Source of the DNA: a virus
Taxonomy: Duplodnaviria; Heunggongvirae; Uroviricota; Caudoviricetes
Strand: one strand, 5' to 3'
Length of the DNA: 64,000 bases
IMG/VR virus record: IMGVR_UViG_3300027851_000011
Part shown: piece after piece, positions 47,733 through 55,700 of the stretch
Layout of the letters: each line of letters opens with the position of its first letter
How positions within the stretch are numbered: the stretch's first letter is position 1
Notes under the pieces: generated by a model
Database searches by the model: none
What the model was told of the DNA's origin: nothing
What the model saw: only the letters and a program-made list of their open reading frames with translations
Made by a program: the position numbers and the translations under genes

Positions 47733-47836
47733 GGGGAGGCCGCCCAACGGCTGGGCACTCCGTCCGCATCTTTCCCGCCTTCGGGTGTGGCGAGCATGAC
47801 GGTTCCTTCCAGGTTCGAATCCTGGCCTCCCCACCA
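47733..47836 (+). ncRNA. tRNA-scaffold/Y-RNA chimera C (element 7)
   Basis: GGGGAGG/CCTCCCC + A + CCA; anticodon arm replaced by a TTCG-capped hairpin with the motif at 47787. Confidence 0.8.
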
Positions 47837-47839
47837 CGC

Positions 47840-47904
47840 GCGTCGTAGCGAGCTACTCGGTTCCTTCACTCATCGCAAGACACCGACAGCGTTTTTCTCG
47901 GCGC
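47840..47904 (+). ncRNA. Y-RNA-like element 8 (free-standing)
   Basis: GCGTCG/CGGCGC, AG/CT, GCT/AGC and TCGGT/ACCGA stems; motif at 47845. Confidence 0.7.
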
Positions 47905-47978
47905 CTTTTCCTCGACACCCATGGCCCATCGCCGTGGGTGTTTTCGTTTTTACTCACCGTACCAACCCAGGAGCCCGC

Positions 47979-48497
47979 ATGGCAACGGCCATCACCCCGA
48001 CCAACAAGAAGCCAAGGCACCACGATCCGCTCCGCGACGTGGCCGAGAAGCGCTTCGCTGAACACAAAGCCGATGCCGCGCGCAAGGCTGTCGCTGACCG
48101 CCGTGCCAAGGCGAAGTCCAACTTCAACCACGTCCTGGAGAGCGCGAAGATCGCGCTCGATGAAAATAACGAGTTCATCCTCCCTGCCGACTACTGTTTG
48201 GTGGATGTGCTCGCAGCCGGCGTCATCGGCAAACCCGTTCGTCTGGACGAAGACCGCCTCACGGTCATGGTCAACGGCAAGCGCAGCTACACCTGTGGCC
48301 GGGTGATGTTCAGCGCCACTGGCGCGATCATCGGCGTCGAGATGAAGCACATCGTGAAGACCGGGCCGAAGGGCCGCGCGTATCAGCTGATCGCGTACGG
48401 CACCGGCGTCCAGGAAAGCCAGTGGGACAAGCTCGTCATCGACTGGCATCTGCTCAACAAGAACAACACGGCGGGGTTCCCTCGCCGCATCCTCTAA
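47979..48497 (+). CDS. hypothetical protein
   Basis: AGGAG RBS; strong codon bias. Confidence 0.7.
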   Translation: MATAITPTNKKPRHHDPLRDVAEKRFAEHKADAARKAVADRRAKAKSNFNHVLESAKIALDENNEFILPADYCLVDVLAAGVIGKPVRLDEDRLTVMVNGKRSYTCGRVMFSATGAIIGVEMKHIVKTGPKGRAYQLIAYGTGVQESQWDKLVIDWHLLNKNNTAGFPRRIL

Positions 48498-48505
48498 GGA
48501 ACCCG

Positions 48506-48628
48506 ATGGACAAGTTTGGACCTCTCGTCGGTGGCGTCGTCGTCTTCGTGCTGGTCATCGCCAGCTTTGTCGTGCTTCAGCGGAAGCTCGACAAGATCGA
48601 CGCCGACATCGACGGCAAGCTGCTCTAG
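48506..48628 (+). CDS. 40-aa membrane peptide
   Basis: AAGGA RBS; one hydrophobic helix. Confidence 0.6.
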   Translation: MDKFGPLVGGVVVFVLVIASFVVLQRKLDKIDADIDGKLL

Positions 48629-48691
48629 GGTCGACTCTCGCGGCATCCAGCCGCAGACGAGGTGGACGAATCCACCATATAGGAGTCCGTC

Positions 48692-48868
48692 ATGGACGCC
48701 TCAACGACCCGAGTCAGCCCCACAAACAACGATGAGAATCCCTTCGCGATTGCCGGTGAGATCATCACGGTCGCAACTGGCATTCTCGGGATCCTCGCAA
48801 TGGGCGTGGCCTCGCTTGGGCAGACCGCCGCACAGCAGGAGCAGAAGCTGAAGGACGCAACTCCTTAG
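48692..48868 (+). CDS. 58-aa membrane peptide (not in the ORF track)
   Basis: AGGAG RBS; IITVATGILGILAMGVASL. Confidence 0.55.
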   Translation: MDASTTRVSPTNNDENPFAIAGEIITVATGILGILAMGVASLGQTAAQQEQKLKDATP

Positions 48869-49028
48869 GCCGATGCAATCCGTCTTCTGTCGTGCGGTTC
48901 CGATCGTCGTCTGTTGCTTGACGGAGCAGCAGACGACCTTTTCACAAGGAGACATACGTGGGCAACGTGCGCGTCATCCTGTAACTGGTAGAAGGCTGGA
49001 GTTGAATGTAAACGCTGTGCACAGCTAG

Positions 49029-49481
49029 TTGTCGAATGAACCCGGACGGTTCCAGCCGTTCACTACCGCAGAGAGGATCAACGTGTCGACGACACTTGAT
49101 CATCCCCAGACATCCCGCAACCTCACTCAAAAGCGGTCCCGCCACCCGCCGGCGATCCTCGGGTCCTTCCCGGACAAGAGGCACGTCGAATACTACAAGG
49201 CCCAACGGCGCGCGGAAGAATCCGCGCGACTGTGCGCTCAGCCGAAACCGTCCAAGGCCGAGCCGACGTCTGTTCCCAACGATCGCGACGACTTCGTCAG
49301 CGCCGTGATCGAACTGTTGTCGAAGCTGAAGCCGTCCAGGCCGACGCAACGGCACCAACTGCAAGGGAGCCACAACTGGTACGAACAGTTACAACAGCTG
49401 CGTGATAAGCAGCGCCGCGACCATCTGGGTCGCACGATAGAGGATGTACAAACCATTCTCCGCTTGCGCTGCGCCCCCTGA
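49029..49481 (+). CDS. hypothetical protein
   Basis: 150-aa ORF with weak codon bias; start uncertain. Confidence 0.35.
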   Translation: MSNEPGRFQPFTTAERINVSTTLDHPQTSRNLTQKRSRHPPAILGSFPDKRHVEYYKAQRRAEESARLCAQPKPSKAEPTSVPNDRDDFVSAVIELLSKLKPSRPTQRHQLQGSHNWYEQLQQLRDKQRRDHLGRTIEDVQTILRLRCAP

Positions 49482-49545
49482 AACGGGGGCGCCGTAACTT
49501 CTCTCAAGCGTGATCAACCTGCACCACAAACGAACAGGAGCACTG

Positions 49546-50085
49546 ATGAACGACATCATTCTCGCATCTGAAGTCTCTGCGCCTGTCAAGGAGGTGCAGG
49601 TTGAGCGGCTGCGAAACGAGTTCGAGGATCGCGACCAGTGGGCATCTGGCCCGTGGGACAACGAACCAGACAAACTCGACTTCGTGTGCAACGGCTTCCC
49701 GTGCATGATCATCAGGAACCCGCTCGGAGTCCTCTGTGGCTACGTCGGCATTCCTCCTGGTCACCCCTGGTACGAGAAGCACTACAACGATCTGACCGTC
49801 AGCGCGCATGGGGGACTCACGTTCAGCGACTGGTCGACGATGAAACCCGCAGAGCTTGACGCTTCCGAAGCTGTCAGGCAGTGGTGGATCGGGTTCGACT
49901 GTGGTCACGCGTTCGACATCGTCCCTGCGATGACCAAGTTCGATGTTCTCTTCGGGAGCCTGTTCGGCGGCGAGCGTGTATACCGTGACATCGCCTTCGT
50001 GAAAGCCGGGTGCGCGAGCATCGCGGCTGAAGCTATGGCTGCGTTCACGGACGCGAAGCCCGTCGAGATCCTGAAGATCGAATGA
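49546..50085 (+). CDS. hypothetical protein with CGYVG/HGGLTF/GFDCGH motifs
   Basis: LCGYVGIP..HPWY, AHGGLTF and WWIGFDCGH, a motif set recalled from other phage proteins. Confidence 0.75.
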   Translation: MNDIILASEVSAPVKEVQVERLRNEFEDRDQWASGPWDNEPDKLDFVCNGFPCMIIRNPLGVLCGYVGIPPGHPWYEKHYNDLTVSAHGGLTFSDWSTMKPAELDASEAVRQWWIGFDCGHAFDIVPAMTKFDVLFGSLFGGERVYRDIAFVKAGCASIAAEAMAAFTDAKPVEILKIE

Positions 50086-50123
50086 AAAGCTCGGGCGCCG
50101 TGCGCGGCGCCCGGCAGCTTTTC
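50086..50123 (+). terminator. intrinsic terminator
   Basis: GC-rich stem GGGCGCCG/CGGCGCCC followed by GCTTTT. Confidence 0.6.
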
Positions 50124-50162
50124 GTTACCTGGAGCGGCTAAATGGTGGATCCAGATTATGAG

Positions 50163-50185
50163 ATAAGAGTAGTACAAGGAAAAAC
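50163..50185 (+). promoter_or_regulatory. ATAAG-N5-TACAAG-NN-AAAAC element
   Basis: ATAAGAGTAGTACAAGGAAAAAC. Confidence 0.6.
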
Positions 50186-50233
50186 CATGAACCAAACGAT
50201 TCATAACCGCGTCTGCGCGATGGACGAGGCTGT

Positions 50234-50584
50234 ATGAGAGTTCGTGCCCTCTCCCGCGACATCGTCCTCGGAACCAAGCCATACGACCGTCAGCTGATGG
50301 ACTATGGCGCGCAGCCGGAACTCGTCGCTGTCCGATTCACCATTGGTCGTCGTGGTCGCCCACCACAAGGCTATGAAGCTCGCGTGTTCGCCATGGACGA
50401 GGTCGGCCGTGCAAGCCTCGCTGCCTTCCTGCTCAGCGGGGAGTGGCGTAAAGTTCCGCACGTTGTCGTGCAGACCACGATGCAGATCCACGAAGGCCGC
50501 GTCGAACTGGTGAACGAGAAGACCATGATCATCGTCGAACGTGCCGACGTTTCCGTGTTCAGTGCTTCACCACCACCAATCTAG
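50234..50584 (+). CDS. hypothetical protein
   Basis: GAGG RBS. Confidence 0.6.
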   Translation: MRVRALSRDIVLGTKPYDRQLMDYGAQPELVAVRFTIGRRGRPPQGYEARVFAMDEVGRASLAAFLLSGEWRKVPHVVVQTTMQIHEGRVELVNEKTMIIVERADVSVFSASPPPI

Positions 50585-50592
50585 GAGGCCAC

Positions 50593-51018
50593 ATGATACA
50601 GAAAGCATCGGCCTACGAAGTGCTGATACGAACTGGCCGCTCAGCGGCCCGTCTCATCGTGTCAGTTCTCACCATCAACTTCGTCGTTCACGTCATCCTG
50701 CGTACACGTGGCTCCAAGGCGCCGCACATGCAGATGCGTGACCTTCCGCTATCCCGCTTCGGCTTCACGTACCGTGGAGACAATGGAAGCTGGGAGAAGC
50801 GCTACAGCGATATGCGTCGGCTGACGACCGAGCGTACTGACGTCATTCACGTCTTGAACGACTGGATGGAATACACGACTGGGCACAATGTCCCTGTCCA
50901 ACTCCAGATCTTCACGAAGAACCTGAAGGTAAATACGAACGTCCCCGTGATCACCAGTTATGCGACGAAACGTCTTGTCCCAACATCCATACCACAACGC
51001 GTTGAGAGGAACCCATGA
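50593..51018 (+). CDS. hypothetical protein
   Basis: AGGAGG RBS. Confidence 0.65.
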   Translation: MIQKASAYEVLIRTGRSAARLIVSVLTINFVVHVILRTRGSKAPHMQMRDLPLSRFGFTYRGDNGSWEKRYSDMRRLTTERTDVIHVLNDWMEYTTGHNVPVQLQIFTKNLKVNTNVPVITSYATKRLVPTSIPQRVERNP

Positions 51019-51356
51019 GACAGCTCGCGATCCTGGCGATCGTCATCTCTTGCGGCATCGCCGCAGGAGTCATCGCCTTCTGTTCGAACAACAAACCGCA
51101 GCAACCCGCTGTCGGCGCGCTGACCGTCACGGTCGTGCTGCCGCCGGAACAAGAGGCTGAACGCATCGAGATCCAAAAGATCCTCGATACCAGCTTCCCC
51201 GGCAGTGAAGTGACGGGTTGGTGGCCTCAAGAGAAAGTGACAACGATCAGCGGCATCAACAAAACCGGCGGCCAGTTCCACGCAACGTACGACCGCATGG
51301 CCGGCACGTTGTCGCTGGAATATGATCGTGATGCAGCTGGGAGGGTTCTCCCATGA
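51015..51356 (+). CDS. membrane-anchored or secreted protein
   Basis: N-terminal hydrophobic helix; ATGA overlap. Confidence 0.65.
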   Translation: MRQLAILAIVISCGIAAGVIAFCSNNKPQQPAVGALTVTVVLPPEQEAERIEIQKILDTSFPGSEVTGWWPQEKVTTISGINKTGGQFHATYDRMAGTLSLEYDRDAAGRVLP

Positions 51357-51892
51357 ACCGAACCCAGATCGAGAACGAACTGTCGTCAAACATGACGTAC
51401 CCAGATTACAAGGTCATACTCTACAAAGATGGAGACGAGAATGACTTCAAACTACCAGCGGCAGGCTGGTACGTCACTGGTGGCCGGATAAATAAAAGTG
51501 TAGACGGCGTCACGTATAGCACCCAGCAGGAAGCTGAACAGGCACTGAGTGTGCTGGACGCGTCGACTAACGACCGAGCTGACGCGGCAGTTCGTAAAAC
51601 TGCAAGGGTGCTCTCAGCACTAGCGGGCAAAGTCATCAGGGTCCGACAGCTAGACTATGATGGCTCCGAACACAATCTCGCGAAATACACCGAGGTTCGT
51701 GTGCCGCGAAAGATCACGTGCAGTGCAGTAGAGGACGGCGATGAATACGGGTTCCTGTTCATCTCGATAGAGGTCGAACCACTATTCCTGTCTCCGGTCG
51801 TAAAGCGCTTCGTAACGCGCCCGTTCTACTCCAGTGTTTTGTTCATGAGCGCTCATCCGTTTGAGCTGACTACGTTCTACAAGCTGCCTTGA
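51353..51892 (+). CDS. hypothetical protein
   Basis: ATGA overlap; visibly more AT-rich. Confidence 0.6.
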   Translation: MNRTQIENELSSNMTYPDYKVILYKDGDENDFKLPAAGWYVTGGRINKSVDGVTYSTQQEAEQALSVLDASTNDRADAAVRKTARVLSALAGKVIRVRQLDYDGSEHNLAKYTEVRVPRKITCSAVEDGDEYGFLFISIEVEPLFLSPVVKRFVTRPFYSSVLFMSAHPFELTTFYKLP

Positions 51893-51936
51893 GCAAAATC
51901 CGGCGGCCCACGTGGGCCGCCGGTTGCTTTTCTTTA
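51893..51936. terminator. terminator at the +/- convergence
   Basis: CCGGCGGCCCAC/GTGGGCCGCCGG palindrome followed by TTGCTTTTCTTT. Confidence 0.7.
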
Positions 51937-51945
51937 CCTGTAGCG

Positions 51946-52021
51946 TGGCTCCGAGACCAGGACTCGAACCTGGGACCTTGATGTTAACAGCATCTTGCTC
52001 TACCAACTGAGCTATCTCGGA
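51946..52021 (-). tRNA. tRNA-Asn(GTT)
   Basis: Cloverleaf TCCGAGA/TCTCGGA, loop CTGTTAA, G discriminator, CCA. Confidence 0.92.
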
Positions 52022-52026
52022 ATGCA

Positions 52027-52113
52027 TGGTGCGGGTGGAAGGAATCGAACCTACTTGGTACGAAGTACGACAGATTTACAGTCTGCCCCGCCTCCATATC
52101 GGTCTACACCCGC
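52027..52113 (-). tRNA. tRNA-Tyr(GTA), long variable arm
   Basis: GCGGGTG/CACCCGC, loop CTGTAAA, variable arm GTAC-TTC-GTAC, ACCA. Confidence 0.92.
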
Positions 52114-52122
52114 GTTAGATGT

Positions 52123-52161
52123 AAAGAAAAGAGAAACCCCGGTCCTGCGACCGGGGTTCTC
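52123..52161 (-). terminator. intrinsic terminator downstream of the RNAP block
   Basis: GAGAACCCCGGTC/GACCGGGGTTTCTC followed by TTTTCTTT on the - strand. Confidence 0.75.
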
Positions 52162-52277
52162 AAGGATGCGTTGAGGTCACCGCCTCGATACGCTATCGCT
52201 GAACCCCGGTGTTGGCCGTGGTATTGCGATTGCGATAGCGGCGGATCGTCGCGGACATGAGCGTGACTGTAGCGTGA

Positions 52278-52706
52278 TCAGCCAGCCGTCAAGGAGGCAA
52301 GTTCACAGGCCCAGAACTCAGCAACCTTCGGTGCAGCTGGCGCTGCTTCGTGGTGGCCGAACAGATGCGGAGCTTCGATCGCAGCCAGCAGTCCAAGGCC
52401 ACCGACTTCGCTCAGATCCTTCTCGCGCTCGCTGACCGCGTCCTCGCCGCTGACCCACTTGTGAATCGTTGGCTCAGCGAGGATGCCGAGGCCAGCGATG
52501 TCAGCAGCAGCACGAACGCGCGGATTCAGATCCCACGCGACCTTGGTGAGGTCTGGCAGGTCGATCGACGGGAACATGGCTTTCTTCTCCGGGAGGTTCT
52601 TGTAATCAGTCTCTGCGGACCACTCGTCGACATCGACGCCCTGCTTCTTCAGCTTCTTCTTGTTGGCGTACATGAAGCGCTGCTGGGCCTTGGACTTGAA
52701 CGGCAC
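52278..52706 (-). CDS. small protein with MPFKSKAQ N-terminus and EFWACEL motif
   Basis: MPFKSKAQQRFMYAN...LPEKK domain, then DLTKVA and a hydrophobic segment. Confidence 0.75.
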   Translation of the reverse strand: MPFKSKAQQRFMYANKKKLKKQGVDVDEWSAETDYKNLPEKKAMFPSIDLPDLTKVAWDLNPRVRAAADIAGLGILAEPTIHKWVSGEDAVSEREKDLSEVGGLGLLAAIEAPHLFGHHEAAPAAPKVAEFWACELASLTAG

Positions 52707-52707
52707 G

Positions 52708-55700
52708 TTAGGCTCCAGTCTCGGCTTCTGCCGTCTTGTGGAATGCGCTGTCGAACAGCGGCGCCGGACGGAACGTGGCTCCGTATGCCAGACCAGCGAT
52801 CGGCGACGCGCTGCCAGTCAGATCGCTGCTGCCAGCACTCGAAGACACATCACGGATGCTGTCGTCGAGACGCTGGAAGTTCAGGCGCGCGAGCAGATCC
52901 TTCGATTCGAGCGGCTTGTGGCTCAGGCCAAGCAGCACCGGCTTCGCTTCGATCTTGCTGTTCTTCGCGTGCAGCGCGTTGAACTCGTTCTCGTGCATGA
53001 CGTCACCGACCGAAATGCTCGGCTCTCCGCCATCGTCGGTGATCTCGACCGTGCGCATCAGACCAGCGGCGAGCACCTCGATCACCGGCTTGCGCACGGT
53101 AGCACCAGCGGCCTCGTAGCTCTTGCGGATGTCATTGACGACGTAGCGCTGAGCAGCGAGGCCGCCCTGGAGAGCTGCGATCTCCTGCGGACGGTAGTTG
53201 CCGTCGGTGATCGGCTGGCCCTTGGTCACGCGGTCACCGACGTTCACCTTCATGTTGCGGTTGGCCGGCACGTAGTGCTCGACAGTCGGGCCACTCGTCG
53301 GGCGCACGGTGACATAATAGCCGCCCTGCGGCGCGATGCGCTTGTCGCTGACCGTGCCAGCGACCTGTGCGAGCACGCCCTGGTCCTTCAGCTGCTCAGG
53401 CGTGCTGAGCAGATCCTTCAGACGTGCGAAGCCGTCAGTCAGACTGTCGCCAGATCCGATCGTACCACCGCTGTGGAACGCCTTCATGATCAGCTGCGTC
53501 GAACGCTCGCTGACCGACTGGCCGTAGTTGTAGCCGATGTTCGAGCCGATCGGGTGCAGCTTGCCCTGCGCGTCACGGCCAGCGCACATCTGGCACGGAA
53601 CATGAAGCGACTTGCAAGTCATGGGGCTGCGAACCATCACGTCCTTCAGGCCCTTGTCGCGAAGAACCGACAGGACGTGCGGCGTGATCGGATCGTTGCG
53701 CTTGAAGCCAGCGACGTCGTTGAGCAGATGCCGATCGAGCAGATCCACATCAGCTTCGTTCAGCGGCTCGTCGATGCCGACCTTCGTTCCGCAGTCCTTC
53801 TCCATCACGCGGATGTCACCGACGTTGCCAGCGACTTCCTTGGCAAGGAAGCCGGGCAGCGCAGTGGAACGGGAACGGGCCACGAGGCCCTTTCGCGCAC
53901 CAGGGGTGACCATGACGTAGTCGCTGGGCGACATGCCACCAGCGTAGCTCGACGTGATGACATTCGGCACGAGCTTGTCATTCACATCGGTCACAGCGAG
54001 CGGGGTCGCCAGCACCTGCTTCATCTGGTCGATCTTCTTGTTCGACTCGCTGACGACGAAGCTGTGGTAGCCCTCGTTGGTCTCTTCGAGGTGCTTCTTC
54101 ATGATGTCCGTCAGCTGGTCGCTCACGGCCTTCTGCTTCGACGAGAAGATCTTGCGGCGCTCTTCGATCGTCGAACCCTTGCGCACCTCATTGTCGAGCT
54201 GAGTCAGCAGTCGGTTGATCTTGGAGCGGTCCACGACCAGCTCCTTGATCGACGAGGTAATGCCGCCGGCTGCCGCTGCGAACTCGAAGCCGGCCTGTGA
54301 GATGCGGCGGCTGATGAGGTTGTAGTCAGCCGGCGAGTCAGTGGCGATGCGCTCCAGCAGCTTGTCGAGCTTCTTGCCGGTGATCGGCGCGCTGATGCCA
54401 GCGAGGAACCGCTTCGGGACAATCTCTTCGAACATCAGCCAACCGACAGCGATCGGATTCGGGTTGCCCTCGATCTTCACGAGGCTCCCCATCTGGAGGC
54501 TGTCTTTGTTGTTGCGGTAGGCGTCGATCGCATCGGCCGCCGTCTTGTAGCTCTTGCCACTCGGCGACCCCGGAGATGTCAGCGCGAAGATGCCGCTGAT
54601 GATGTCCTTGCTCACGCCGTAGGCGAGGCCCTTGTTCCGGTCATAGATCAGATTCTTCGACGGCAGCAGCTTGAAGGACTCGTTCTTCGCTGCGTCAGTG
54701 ATCGGCGTGAAGATCGACATCGTGTCGCCGTCGTAGTCGGCGTTGAACGGCCCGCACACCAGCGGGCTGATCTTCACTTCCTTGCCCTCGCTGATGCGCG
54801 GCATGGCCGCAGCGATGCCCCAGCGGTGCAGGGTGGGCGCGCGGTTGTAGAGGACTGGGCGCTCCTTCATCTCGGCGTCGAGTGCCTGCCGGGCGGCCAG
54901 CGTGCGCTTCTCGACCTGTTCCGCAGCTTCGGCCGGCTGCCAACCGCCCTGCGACATGCGGCGAACGATGCTGGGCTTGTAGATCTTCCAGGCCATGTCC
55001 TCCGGGATCGAGATCTCATCGACGCCGAGGTTGCTGTCGGGTTCGATGGTCGACCGGCCGCTGTAGTCGTTGCGGTGTGCGACGACGAGGCGCTGGAAGA
55101 GGCCCTCCTTGTTGCGCTTGCCCTTGATGATGTCGATGAACCCGCTGGCGTCCTCGCGGTCGTCGCGATGGGTGAGCGGGTTGTTCACGCCGATGAGTGC
55201 GCCGAACGCCTCGTAGGCGTGCTTGCGCGCTTCGGTCTGCATGCTCTTCGGCAGGCCAGCGGACTTCGCGTCGGCAAGCGACTTCGTGGTGAGCAGCAAA
55301 TCGCGGTACAGCAGGTTGCTGTCTGCCACGCGCAGTGCTCCACCAGACATCTCGATGATCGGACGGAACTTCGGCGGGATCACCGGCACCGTCTTGGTCA
55401 TGTAGGCTTCGAACGGATCGAGATCCGACGTCTTCAGGCCGCGCAGGTAGCGAACGGCGCGGTTGTACTTGTTGGCGTCAGAGCCAACAGCAGTGCGCAG
55501 CTTCTGGCGAAGATCGCGGATCTTGCTGTCGACGTTGAAGTCGAGCACGTGCTTGAAGGCAGCCTCGCCGGTGACGCGCCCCTCACCGGGTTCGTCGACG
55601 ATCTTGCCGGTCTTCGGGTCATACCAGCGTGAGTGCATGATCAGACCGTAGAACTCGGCCTGCTTCAGCCCGGTGATGTCGCGCAGGGTCTTCTCGTAGA

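Noticed and set aside
46748-47848. ORF-track proteins at 46780, 47331 and 47627, and the 5' extension from 46748
   Set aside because: They overlap tRNA and structured RNA elements; only 47021-47221 has an RBS.
46748-47867. CRISPR array (23-nt repeats, with a Cas4-like gene in the window)
   Set aside because: The repeat centre varies, spacing is irregular, the intervening sequence pairs with the repeat and includes tRNA arms, and no cas1/cas2 is present.
51782-52027. 81-aa - strand ORF
   Set aside because: It is a translation of tRNA-Asn plus the terminator.
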